A stretch of DNA of 51,140 nt from Octopus bimaculoides (GCF_001194135.2 NC_068981.1:68423402-68474541); one strand, 5' to 3'; shown: positions 26,878-40,037, counted from the first letter of the stretch. A program made the numbers and translations. The notes: generated from the sequence alone by a model not told the origin.

Positions 26878-28006
26878 CCCCATGAATAATGCGGCTTCTT
26901 CAATTTCATGAATTAAATGTCGGTGGGGAACGGGATAAACTACCTGCATCAATTTGTTATAAAAGCAGGCAGTAATTTTAATTCGGAGTCATTCTTAGTG
27001 CATGTTTTGTAGAGTGAAGTTTAATTTTAACAGATAGCATTTCAAAGCTTTAATGAAAGTGACAAAGGAGCATATTCGGCAAATTTTACTTTATGAGTTC
27101 AACGAAGTATATGGCGATCGGACAATAAGCGTAAGCCAGCGTCAACGGTGGTTGCAGAAATTCCGAGACGGAAACTATAGCCTAGAAGAAGATCCTCATC
27201 CTGAAAGCTCGAGGTGGACATCCTGCAAACCTTAGTGAAACAAAATCACATCGTAACTATTGATTAACTAGCAGAGAAGCTTGGATTTGGACATTTAACC
27301 ATTCATCGATACCTTCTTACCATATAAAATGTCACCAAATAGAGTTCATATGTTTCTCACAAACTTTCCCAGTCTAATCGCGCGCAGAGAGTGAATGTGT
27401 GCTCTTCTTTGCTGTCACGATTCGCAAATTAACCTTTTTTGGATCGAATAGTGACTGGTGACGAGAAATGGATTCTCTATAAAATCGTTAAGCGCCGAAG
27501 ACAGTGAGTAAGGAAAGGAGAAACACCGGCACTCCAGGCTGCAGAAGCTCTTATCCATGCAAGGTTTTGTTACCTGTTTGGTGGGATATGAAATATTTAG
27601 TCAACGTTTTAAACCCAAGACAAACGATAAGAAAGGAGATCTACTGCAAGCAGTTTCAGCAGCTTAAGTCGGCGCTAGAAGAAAAAAGACCATCTTAGCT
27701 TTCAAGACGAATGGTGTTCTTCCATCAGGATAATGCTCAGACACATAAAGCGAGGATGACATCCCAAAGGCTATAGCAATTTGAATTTGTAACGGTGCCC
27801 CACCCACCATATTCACCGGACATTGTCTTCAAAATCATTTGGATAGCAAAAAATATGACTTCTGTAGAGAAGGTCAGATACACGGAGAGCATTGTAAAAA
27901 ATGAAGGAGAGTATATTTCAGATTAAAAAAGAACTTAGTTTTCAAGCATAATTTTGAAACATATAAAAAAATATAAAAGGCCGCATTCTTTATAGCATGA
28001 CACAAT
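26878..28006 (+). mobile_element. Mariner (D,D34D) DNA transposon, near full length, decayed
   Basis: The left TIR remnant cccatgaataatgcgg (26878) matches the right end ccgcattctttatagcatgacacaat (27981-28006) in reverse. An internal transposase pseudogene is present. Confidence 0.92.
27053..27926 (+). pseudogene. Mariner transposase pseudogene
   Basis: MKVTKEHIRQILLYEFN...VYGDRTISVSQRQRWLQKFRDGNYSLEE (HTH), IVTGDEKW (27448-27471), VWWD, HQDNA (27723), HPPYSPDI (27801) and C-terminal EGEYISD*. Contains stops, frameshifts and deletions. Confidence 0.95.
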
Positions 28007-29726
28007 TTGAGTGTGTGAGTTTGTGCATGTGTGTACATGTATTTATTCATATACATATAATTTAGGGCCTAAACTAAACACAACACAGTAAAGCAAATAT
28101 GAAAATATATAGAAACCGAAGGAAGCAATCCTAATCGACGTGCGTATCACTGTATTTCTTAACTATTAACTACTTATGTCCCAAATGCTGCAGTTTAGTA
28201 ATTCCGAATTTTCCCATGAGTGTGTTCCTTATTGGGGAAGATGTAAAGACACTTTTCTTCGGTTGGCAACTAAACTTTAGCTGTTGCTATACAACTGCTA
28301 TAGTAAAATATTTCCCATTAAATGATCTGGCGAAATCATTATTCTTCGGTCCCTCGCTAAAGAATTTCTTAAGAAATAACTTTCGAAGAAAATTGTGAAT
28401 ATTTAGCACACGGACAATGACGAGATATCATTTAAGCGAGATGTTATGTCCCACGGGAAAATGAGGATATCCTACAGATATTTCACGCATGTGTACAAAA
28501 TAATTTCAATGCTGAGCAGAACCAAACTTAAATAACGAACAATTCCACCGACTTTGCTGAACGGTAGGTCATATTTTGATCACCGTTTTTGTTATGTGAG
28601 CAGGATTTAATGATTTAGTGTCACGTCTCCAAATTAAGTGACAATTTATTGATAGATTACTTTACAGAATAGACGTAGGTACGTTCCATAAAATAGCCGA
28701 AATACGATCAGTAAATATTATTAGAGCATTATCACTTCCAACCTATTGACAAGCTTCCGATAAGCTGGGGATTTTTAAAGACGTCTGTTCGGCAAGAAAC
28801 ATCAGCAACAACAGCAGACATAAAGTGTTTTAACTTAGGCGCAAGACCTGAGATTTGGCATTTGGAATTAAACGATTAAATCTGACGAAGTAGTTTACTG
28901 GTATTTTGTCAATATGAATTATAACATAGATACGTAAATCATATAAGCAACAAGATTTGATGACAGCGTGCATTGATTGACCAAGTATTAGCTTTACAGA
29001 TTATTTGTCGATACACGCTTCATGAAATGCAATGTCGAAATGAAATGTGGAGACATTTATCACAGAATATAAATAGACAGAAATAAATATCACGATTTAT
29101 TCAATTCGCTGCATTATAATAATAGACAACCATAAGACTGATAATGTTAGTGACTGGCAGCATTATGATTATATTGTTATTATTTTGATTTGACTCCGAT
29201 TCGGTCTTGTTCCTGGCATGATTTATGAGGGTAGTGGGTTACTGCCTGTAACCTGAGGAATCCACTAGCCTTTGATGGTCTTTCGACTGCTTAGGAAGCC
29301 CATACTAATCTTTCCTGTTCCTAAGAGGAAACTTTTCTGCAGAATCACTCCAGATTATATTTTAATCTTGTTCAACCATTTGTCTATATATATATATGCT
29401 TACAGTTCCCAACACACCAATTTTTATAGGCACAACCTTTACACTTTTCGTATTCCAAATTCTTGCAATATGAAATATTAAGGGATTGTATTTATTAGTA
29501 TTATAATTATTTTGTTTTTGTGTTACTTCGCCTTTATTTACGATCCTGGAATCGAACGGAAATGATTGATCAATTGATAAGCAACTACGATTTTCCTTGT
29601 CTGTTATTGTTATGCCTGGCCCATTGTTTTCTTGTCCGTTTAAATAGGAAAATCTTCAGACAGTTGTAAACTGTCCTTTCACCTGTGTAAGCCACTCTGC
29701 ATTTCCCTTATATCTCTCTGCAAAAG

Positions 29727-29735
29727 CATCATCAT

Positions 29736-29792
<57 letters not shown>

Positions 29793-29812
29793 CAGTAGTA
29801 GTAGTAGTAATG
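29727..29812. repeat. Compound trinucleotide microsatellite (CAT)n(CAG)n(TAG)n
   Basis: Read directly from the sequence. It explains the poly-D/A/T ORF at 29656-29988. Confidence 0.95.
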
Positions 29813-30399
29813 ATGGTGTGGATGGTGATTAGTGTTGCTGTTGCCTCGGCTGGTGGCTTTTCTTTGTCACCTTCGTCGTTGTAGTATGAAATCAGTAGTA
29901 ATGATCGAGGCAGAACAAATTTTATTACAACTATTCTAGCTACTATAACTACTCCTGTTGCAAATACTACCATCGCAGTTCTTTGCAACTTCTAATATGT
30001 TATGGAACAATAATATTGGATTGGACTATGAGGAATTATGTATCCTAAATGGAATTTAATAAATACTTCAAAAATTTCAGTAACAGCGAAAAAGATTTAT
30101 CCCTATGCGTGATGCATTACATCTGTAGCTGAAACAGAAAAAAATATTTCAATATTTTGCATGTATTTATATTATATCGAAGCTACAATTTGAAAATACG
30201 AATGAAATATCGTTATAACAGGAGTGATTATTTACAATGTTGCAACGAAACGAAATGCTTGCATTTTATACCTTTACACCTTATTATTACATGTTGAGCT
30301 ACGAACATATTAGCCTTTATTCATGATGTTTTGAGGTACAAGGCATGAAACTATATTTCTTGTACACCCACAGATTAATAAACACGTAGAATAATGCAT

Positions 30400-30925
30400 A
30401 TACAGCAGAATGTTTTTGAGTGATGTAGTTAATGCATTGTGCTTTTTGTGTGAACTTAATTTTCGTATTGGTGGAAATTGTGCTTTACACTCTCGGGTGG
30501 TAAAGAAAAAATATTTTCATGACAGACAACACGACTACACAACTTTGAACAAATGTTTGTATATATTCCATTTTGAAGAGTCAGATTTCTTTTTTCCATA
30601 TCGTTCCAACTTGATGTCTTGCGATTCCTATTCACTTCTATACACAGAAAATCTCAAGCATTCGTAGTTACTACAAGTATTAGGCCTTGTAGTGTTTGAA
30701 CATCTTCCACGTTCATAAAGTTTTTATACACGTAGCCATCACAAAAGCTAGTCCTTGTATATTCGTGCTCACAAATAATTCTATGTGTAATTTCTCATGC
30801 TTCGATGAGTACAGTTCACTTTTCATTAGAATGATATTCAGGTATCAGTGTTGTCCTTGTTCGTATATTCAAACTGGCTATTCTGCATGCAAATGGAACC
30901 CCCCTGCCAACACTATTCATGTTAC
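30400..30925 (-). mobile_element. Possible decayed LINE APE-endonuclease fragment (RTE-like)
   Basis: A minus-strand frame with few stops reads CRIASLNIRT...EK*TVLIEA*EITHRIICEHE...GLILVVTTNA*. This resembles the APE N-terminal xIAT/SLNxR motif and the DIICIQEH motif. Confidence 0.35.
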
Positions 30926-31024
<99 letters not shown>

Positions 31025-31549
31025 CGAGATATGGATATGAAGTGCGTAGTGCGTTCACGCTTGAAAAGGGGGCAATGTATAACGCATAATTATAAATACG
31101 CACACTGAACATCGCAGTCCAGCTAGCAAATGGCATAGATAGGTGTAGCATGATAGTTATTACGATAGCAGACGAATCCCTTGTTCTTAAGTTGTGATAC
31201 TGAAAAAACAACACTTTATAATTCATGAAAATCTTATCAAGATTATTCGTCGCATTACGCAAACTACACGCATACGTTCTGCTCCTCAGTGTTTGACATC
31301 CACCTTAGTGTGTTGTGATGTACATATTACCAAAATATATCAAATTGCAAAGATTGAATACAAAATAAAGTACTGGGCAAAGATCTGCAAGACAAAATTA
31401 ATTACAACTGATATAACTTAAGAACTAAAAATGCTTACACGCGCATATATATTCATTCAAAGATAAGTGTAGCAGAATAGATGCTCTACTTTATATGAAG
31501 AATATCTATCTTCATTATCAACGCATGTACACTGATATACATGTACACT

Positions 31550-31602
<53 letters not shown>

Positions 31603-32482
31603 CTAAATTTATACATATATACACTCACGCACGTACACACACATTTATATGCATATATACATACACACACATGCACACACACGCGCACACATATATATCA
31701 TATCATGTACGCGTATATATATATATATAAATATATATGTAAACGTGTGTGTACGAATGTATGCATATACATGTGTGTCTGTTTGTAGTTGTTTGTATTT
31801 ACAAATTTATGATTGTGTATGTCTCTACATATGTATGTATAAGCCTGATGAGAATTCGTTACATTTCGTCTGCGAACAACGCTTATTGATTTTGCGTGAA
31901 AAATGCGAATATCTACAGAAGTAATCAATACATAATGTTATTGATCATTCTATGAGTTTTAAGTCGATAAATTCTTAAAAACAAAAACAAAAAATTATGC
32001 ATGCGAAACAACACTTGAATCAGTATGTTCAATAATGGATGTGCGTAAAACAATTTTTTCTCTCTTTCTACATTTCACATCGAACTTGCTTTCGTTTGGA
32101 TACTTTCTTAGTTTTTGACCATTTTACCAAACAAGAAACAAATTAAGAAAGAAGATAGTTACATTAGAAAAAAAATATTAAAGCAAATAAGAATATATTT
32201 GATATTGATTTTGATCGGCCTACTGAAATAGAAATAAATTAATGAATTTTAATTTTTAATTTTCACTTTTTTTCCAAAGTTATCTATCATTTTGTTTTGA
32301 ATCGCCTGTGAGGCAATTGGTAGTGGTAGTTCAGTGTGTCTCATTATACACAGTTTTATTCTCACTTCCATACATATACATACACGCTAATATATTGAAA
32401 CACACACACGCACACACGCATACACACTCATGTATATTCACACATACACACGCGCATATATGCATATGTATATATGTGTATG

Positions 32483-32538
<56 letters not shown>

Positions 32539-33257
32539 NNNNNNNNNNNNNNNNNNNNNNNNNNNNNNNNNNNNNNNNNNNNNNNNNNNNNNNNNNNNNN
32601 NNNNNNNNNNNNNNNNNNNNNNNNNNNNNNNNNNNNNNNNNNNNNNNNNNNNNNNNNNNNNNNNNNNNNNNNNNNNNNNNNNNNNNNNNNNNNNNNNNNN
32701 NNNNNNNNNNNNNNNNNNNNNNNNNNNNNNNNNNNNNNNNNNNNNNNNNNNNNNNNNNNNNNNNNNNNNNNNNNNNNNNNNNNNNNNNNNNNNNNNNNNN
32801 NNNNATATATACACGTTTATGTGCGTGTATTCTAATTTTCAGTTGTGAAAATATCTGCAAAATTTCCGTATGTACTATTTTCGTTACTTATTATTAATTA
32901 TAATTGTCAATTTTCGTATCCATACAGAATGATATTTTCAAGTCAGATGAAATACTATTATTTTATTTCCCTTTATTTGTCTTAATATTTATTCTGTACA
33001 TTCGAAACAAATACGTTTTTGAATTCCAAAAGATATATCATTCCGCTTTCTTTTTATTTATTTAATATTATCTCATGCTGTTCACTCTCAATTTTCTTAT
33101 ATATTTTCATTTGCTCTGAAATGATTCCAGAAAATTCTCCCGTACGCTGTAACTACATGCATCACAAATAAAGATGCAGAAACACACCATCATAGATGTA
33201 TTTATAAACACATGCACATATGTATTTCTACACATGTACGTGTATAAATATATATAA

Positions 33258-33300
<43 letters not shown>

Positions 33301-34658
33301 TACACACACACACACGCACACTCACATATACATACGGGTGTGTGTGTATCGTTGTGTGAGTATATGTACATGTCTATGTATATGTATATATATATATGTT
33401 CAAGTATTGCATGCTGATGTAGTAAGATACTTACGAAATAATGGATCAGTTTATTGCTGTAGCTATGCTTCGTAGTTTGGATTATAGATTGTGTTAACAT
33501 TTACATATTGCAATAAACGTGACGGAAACTAGAATCAATATTCTCTTATCTCTTTCCACTTCACTACTGCTGCCTGATGAGCCTATGTGTTTAATGCTGC
33601 AATTATGAGCGATGCAACAAGGTTGACATGAACGGCATTTGTAACATAGTTGCAATCAGTGATTGAGCTTTTAATAATAACCACAATTTAAATGATATTC
33701 TTCTCGTCCCAGAAAAGAGTAAAATTTTGTTATGGAATACCAGTCAAACTATGAATCCTTATGTAATTATTCTGAAAAGAATTTTGTTGACAAAATATGT
33801 TCGCTAAATTCACAGATAACAGTGATTACTCATCTATGAAATAAAGATTAGTAGAACTCTACAGATCGTATGAGCAACGTATATCTCAAGAAATTTATGT
33901 TTTAACATGATTTCAATGAGATTTAACATTATTGGACACAATATTATCCTTAAGAAATATGTATGCGAGTTGACTATATCATTGAGACTGCCTCCTCCAG
34001 GCAAACTCAAAGTGAAAAAGGGAAAGTGAGTTGTTCACTATCAAAATAACAATCCCAGTCACTTTCCATTCAATAAATTGCAATGAAACAAAATCGATGC
34101 ATATGCTATACAAATCCAAAGTTGAAGACTATAGTGAGTAAATTAAAAATAAATAGTTTTAGCTACACGTTGGTATCACATGCTCCTGGGCAGGTTAAGC
34201 AGCTTTAAACGACTCGTATTTTAGTGCTATTTATTTTATTGGCCGATGTTAGTTGAATCACAATGGCAAAATTGGTAAAGTTGAATCACAATGGCAAACT
34301 TGGTTAAATCAAATGGAGTGCAACTTTAAAACGAAATTGTCCACCGTTTTCTGCAAATTCCTTCTAAACATCAAATACGTGATTTAAATAAATGATCAAT
34401 AATTAATCGATTTATTGACTCTGATAAACAACATCGACAGAAAGTTTGAAATATTTCAGGCTCTGTACTCTCCGGTTGCAAAGCGAAAAAGGCTTCTGTG
34501 TCAAGACACTGAATGAGCAAGTAAATGGATTAAAAAAAGAATAATAATGACGTGATAATAGGCACATATTGTAACATGTAGCAAGCCACATTATTGATAC
34601 CCGTCGTTAATTAGGTAGATAAGTGTAACAGTCGTTTCACTAACCTCTACGTATGTAT

Positions 34659-35097
34659 TCCTCTCTCTCTCTCTTCTCTTTCTCCTTTCTCTCTCTCTTC
34701 TCACTCTGTCTCTCTTCTCTCTTTCTCCTTCCCCTCTCTCTTCTCAGTCTCTCTCTCTTCTCAGTCTCTCTCTCTTCTCAGTCTCTCTCTCTTCTCTCTT
34801 TCTCATTTCCCTCTCTTTTCTCACCCTCTCTCTCTCTCTTCTCTCTTTCTCCTTTCCCTCTCTCTTCTCACTCTCTCTTCTCTCTCTCTCTCTTCTCTTT
34901 TTCTCATTTCACTCTCTCTTCTCACTCTCTGTCTCTTCTCTCTTTCTCCTTTCCCTCTCTCTTCTCACTCTCTCTCTCTCTCTCTTCTCTCTTTCTCATT
35001 TCCCTCTCTCTTCTCACTCTCTCTCACTTCTCTCTCTTCTCCCTTTCTCCTTTCTCTCACTCTCGTCTCACCCTCTCTCTTTTCTCTCTCTTTCTCT
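34659..35097. repeat. ~440 bp polypyrimidine (CT-rich) minisatellite
   Basis: Almost purely C/T, with a recurring ~45-55 bp unit ctcttctctctttctc(a/c)tttccctctctcttctcactct. Confidence 0.95.
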
Positions 35098-37263
35098 GAA
35101 TATTTTACCGACACATTGCTTCTCAATTGCTGCTACAATATACACTTATAGGCCCATCTTCATTTTTATATTCGTTCACACATATTCTTCCAATATTCAC
35201 ACAATACTTAAAAGAAAAGCAGTTTTCCTGAAAATGCATTCATATAAATTTGTAATTATTTAGAAGCAATTAAAAATTAATTTACTGCCAAGAAAATTCT
35301 ATCATTTTTTTATGAACTTGTGAAGTGAATATATTAAATGGAATGGCCCAAGATTTGTGAAATTTAGGGAATCTCCTACCTAAAGAAGATAGAAATGTTG
35401 TTTTCGTAGAAGTCGGATGTATTAACTTTCCAGCTACATGTCATATTCCCGGGATTGTCATTAACAAAAAACAATAAGCAAAGAAACGATTTGTTATCTA
35501 CAGGAATATGTAGAATAAAGCATAGCTATTGATATGACAGATGAATTTCAATGAACGATTTCTGCTCGGTACAATGTTAAGATGCTAAGTGATAAATGTA
35601 GCATGGTTTCTGGTTTTTTCTGCTCGCAGCTAAAACCAATACTATATGCAGATTTTGGAAGGGAAGAAACTCCTATAGGGTGGACCAAATTAACCTTGAT
35701 ATTCTATATTATCATTGCTGCAGTAATTCATATTATAACGAAAATACATACTAAATTGCTCACTCAAGTGATATACAGGAAAATTGCAAGACTCAATATC
35801 CACACCAGGAAGACGTAAAGAATTACGCTATTTTATTTTCAGATGGAATCACTATTTATACAGCATAAAATCCGTGACCAGGACAATCTAGGGCAAGTTT
35901 TCTAATGATGTGATCAGTCGTCAAGTCCATGAACAGTATTCTATCTGTCATAAAGTACTTGTATATGTTAGTACATAAACAGTAAGTCATACGTAAGTAT
36001 GGCGTATGTTATAAGCTTTTCGATGATTTAAACAGTCAATGAAACTTCTATCGGGAAAGTATTTTTTCCGTGAAACTAAATTTTATGAACGGATGGATTT
36101 GTGTACAAATTCACTGCGATTGATTGGTGCATCTATATCGAAAATCTCCCATAGAATTGATGCAACTTCTATTAGTGATGCAGTCCCATCTTCCAAAATC
36201 ATACTTATATACATGTGAACAAGTAATATTTGCTTTCTCCCTGAGTACACAGTTTCTTGCGTCAGGAATATTCTGTCAACATAACGTTTCGAAAAAATCT
36301 GAAGATTCGCTCAGTATTAATTCATGTCAATATTATTCAGTTTGTTGCGTTTATTCAATTACGAAATTACTTTATATCTATATTTCAATAGTTAGTGCCA
36401 GCAAACAATTTTTTTTTACATGATTGTTTGCATAGAGCCTAAAATGCTTTATATACTTTATAAATAGTGGTTGTAATTTCGAAGCATGGCGTATTATATT
36501 CGTTGAGCTCAAAATTTGGGAGAATATGTTGCTTAAATACTGTGTTGATTTTTGTTATCTTATCACATATACAGTTACTAAAAAGGTTGCTAAGTGCAGT
36601 GCAATAAGACTACCAGGAACGTCATGTCAGAATTTATTCATACAATTTTTTTTGTTTTAGCTCACAAAAATGATGGATTTAGTTGCATTGAGTATATGGT
36701 CATATCGATTAAAGTTTTTATGGTGCACTTATTGCAATAAAATATTTATATTAAAATAGTATTTTTTAATAATACAAACCAGATGTCTCAATGCTATAAT
36801 TGATTACAAATTCAATTACAGTTATTAGGCTAGCAGAATTTCAATTTCTGAATAGCAATTTCAAATTTGCATTTAATTTCAATATTGTCTTCATATGTGA
36901 AATAATAGTCACATACACGTACGCAGGCACGCGTACACGCACGCAGTCAGACAGACACACATACACAGAGACACGAATACTTATATACATATGTGTAACA
37001 CTATATCTGCTTATGATGATGCGTCTGTATATATATTGTCCAATGTGATACTTTATAGCATTAAATGGAATATGAAATTTACAATTTCGTTAGACAAAAT
37101 TGGGGGCGTGGACGGAAAGATAAGCCACTTGAATCAGCAATTCGTACACGTTCAAGAGTAAAAGCCATGACTGAAAATGACGTTTGCCGAAGTAGCATCT
37201 CCAACCGGCAATGAATGATAGAATCCGTGAATCCGTTCATTACATATGTGTGCGTATGCGATT

Positions 37264-37307
<44 letters not shown>

Positions 37308-37327
37308 NNNNNNNNNNNNNNNNNNNN

Positions 37328-37683
37328 ATCCTTTATATCTTATTTGTTTCAGTGATTTGACTGAAGCCATTTGGCCAAAAATTTTAGTTCCAAAACATAA
37401 ACACTCCGGTTCTCAAGCGGTGATGGTAGGGAGATACGCAGACACAGACACAAATACACACAGCGATAGATAAACATATATATATATATATATACACACA
37501 TACGAGCCCATATCCTTTATATCTTATTTGTTTCAGTGATTTGACTGAAGCCATTTGGCCAAAAATTTTAGTTCCAAAACATAAACACTCCGGTTCTCAA
37601 GCGGTGATGGTAGGGAGATACGCAGACACAGACACAAATACACACAGCGATAGATAAACATATATATATATATATATACACAC
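37328..37683 (+). repeat. Exact 172-bp tandem duplication (period 184) next to a gap
   Basis: 37328-37499 is identical to 37512-37683, including the (TA)9 length, and starts immediately after the N-run. Confidence 0.95.
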
Positions 37684-37745
37684 GACAGACCTCTTTCAGT
37701 TTTCGTCAACCAAATGCACAGACAAGGCTTTAGTAGACGGAGAGA
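37512..37745 (-). mobile_element. SINE family A, diverged copy
   Basis: ccggttctcaagcggtgatggtagggagatacgcagacacagacac...(TA/CA)n...cgacagacctctttcagttttcgtcaaccaaatgcacagacaaggcttt has the same layout as 2785-3016. Confidence 0.75.
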
Positions 37746-37980
37746 ATAATTTCAGACATGAATTAGAAGCTGCGCTGGTGTTATAAACATTATCGATCAA
37801 ATGTACTCAAAGTAGCACCACTGCTCCCTGTAACGTGGTGGAGATGAGTCTCTTAAAGCGGTGGCTGTTGAAACACCCATAGTCATAGTCAGGCGAACCT
37901 ACTCGCCAGTAATCGTCGGGGTATATCAGGTAATGGGTTTCGCACTATTTGTATATAGGCATATGGAGTGGAGATTCAAT

Positions 37981-38580
37981 TTACATCACCGCAAAGTCCA
38001 CGTCGATGGATGGGTATAGGGATACTACATCCATGCTACCCACTATACGTCCTGTCAGGTAGCAGGTATTGTTATAGTCGTTGATCCTGCTAAGGAGATC
38101 TTCTGTGCTGTCACAAAAATCTGGCGACATCTGGATTATGGGCTGTATGATCATTGAGAGGAAGTAGGAGATCCTGTAGTTGCTAGCGATATTCGCTCCG
38201 CAGACTGACCTTGTTGGTGGTCCCGCCATTGGATTGGTGGCTATTTTTTGGTCTTTGCGCAGTCGATTCAGCGTCGAGATATCGTTGTTCCAGGCTTGGA
38301 AGTTGCTGGCCGTGCATTTTTGAGGCCCAACAACAATTGTCCACTTCATCATGTAGGCGTCGAGGAAGTTTTCTCTCTCATGTGTCTGTAAGGTTGATAC
38401 TTTTATATTGGTGAGGTTGCATTGCCTGGATGTAGTTCGGCAAGCTGTCTATCGACATCCTACCGGACTTATATGTGGGGAGGCATACCACTTCACTGTT
38501 CCTCATGCGTTGCGTGAGCTTACGTAGGCCACTCATTGGTATATTCCCGAGTTGTTGGGTCTCTGTCCTATTCCGTCTTT
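37981..38580 (-). mobile_element. Penelope-like element reverse transcriptase fragment
   Basis: GLRKLTQRMRNSEVVCLPTYKSGRMSIDSLPNYIQAMQPH (TDKSG motif), a frameshift, then LRKDQK...GPPTRSVCGA...DSTEDLL...IVGSMDVVSLYPSIDVDFAV (KxHK/RPV and DVxSLYPSI motifs). Confidence 0.9.
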
Positions 38581-38729
38581 TAGTGTATAGTTTTAAAATC
38601 TAAGTTTTGTCCTAGCTATAATGAATTAAGCTTCCATGTGGTCACTAGTATGTCTTGAGATTCAGAGACTTTTGTTAAAGGCAAAGGAGAGTCACTTACT
38701 GTTATAGTTTCTTCAATGAGAATATTGAC

Positions 38730-39022
38730 CAAGGTTACCGTGGTCTTTTCCGTAAGCTTTTCCTTCCACGGCTAAACCTAAACTGCCCTCCCCTCTTTTA
38801 CACGAGAACATTACTGTGTGATACACGATCCCTATTGATCGGCCTTTCCTTTTTTTTTTTATTTCGATCCCGTTTGATCGAACTCCCCCTTTTTCCCTTC
38901 CTACGATCCCTTTTGATCGACAACACCACTTTTTTTTTTCCTTACCCCTGCCAAAAAGAAAAAAGCTCTACATTGTATTTGTCCCATCTTCGTTGAGCCC
39001 TGTGTGGCTAATAAAAGAAATG
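38730..39022 (+). mobile_element. LINE 3' UTR / 3' end (clade unresolved)
   Basis: A ccgtgg...ccacgg stem, three CGATC-N6-GATCG hairpins, pyrimidine runs, then ...gagccctgtgtggctaataaaagaaat with AATAAA at 39010. Resembles a recalled octopus LINE terminus. Confidence 0.55.
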
Positions 39023-39084
39023 TATCTATCTGTCAGATGACTTTTGGTCAACCCTGTATACACACACACACACACACACAAACA

Positions 39085-39243
39085 CATGTATAAATATGTG
39101 TCTATGGGTTATTTTGATTTTGTCAGCCAACACATCTTGAGAACCAGTGCTGGTGTGTTTACCTCTCAGTTGTGGAAAATATATTCCTGAAGGCGGTACT
39201 CCAGTATGGGTGTAGGCTAACGACTGAAACAAATGAAAGTTAA
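39085..39243 (+). mobile_element. SINE family A, 3' part, highly diverged
   Basis: cttgagaaccagtgctggtgtgtttac...gaaggcggtactccagtatgg...gactgaaacaaatgaaag. Confidence 0.6.
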
Positions 39244-39962
39244 ATGGTATATAAGTACACAAATATATTTAAATATGTGTGTGTGCTTGTGTGTGTGTGT
39301 GTGTGTGTGTGTGCGTGCGTGTGCGTGTGTACGTCACTGTGCATACACTGTATTATAGCATAGTTTATATTTTCATCAAATATATTCATTGTCGATAAAA
39401 TAAATCATGCATTGAAAGACAAAATGAAAATTGAGGAGGGGAGAAAATGATTTGTGTGAACTTATTGTATAAAAATTGCATGCAGACTGACAATGTAATA
39501 CGTCCAAGGGACATTACATAAATATTTGCAAATATACACCTATACAATCCAGTTTTATAAAATTTCCGGCCCATATTTCGCCGCAAGTATTTTCGTGATT
39601 TTCAGCAATTGTTACATTATTTTATATTTTCATTTTTATTTTTATTTATATTTTTCATATATTATCTTTATTACTGAAACGTTTGTGGCTGAAGGTGTTT
39701 CTGCTTCATTATTATTATTAATTTTATTTTCGTAGCAGGATATTATTTATATTATTACTTTTTGAAATTGTAATTCATATTATGAGTATTATTATCCTTA
39801 TTATTGCTATACTTATTATTATCAAAATATGATAGATTGAAAACAGTTTGCTAGAAGTATTTAAATAGAATAGTTTGTATTATAGTGGTGTTCACTGCCT
39901 TGTAATTCAGCCCTAATTAAATTGTTCTAAATGGCAATGATTTATTGCTAACATAACATATG

Positions 39963-39978
39963 AATCAATCAATCAATC

Positions 39979-40037
<59 letters not shown>

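Noticed and set aside
33494-33654. Ly6/GPI-anchor-like peptide LCYKCRSCQPCCIAHNC...ILILVSVTFIAICKC on the minus strand
   Set aside because: There is an in-frame stop just upstream with no start or acceptor, and the cysteine spacing does not fit.
35620-35990. Cluster of splice-like signals and short ORFs on both strands
   Set aside because: No acceptor/donor pair gives a convincing open exon.
38826-38919. CRISPR-like array (palindromic repeats with spacers)
   Set aside because: The context is eukaryotic, the repeats are only 16 bp with variable loops, the spacers are low-complexity and there are no cas genes.
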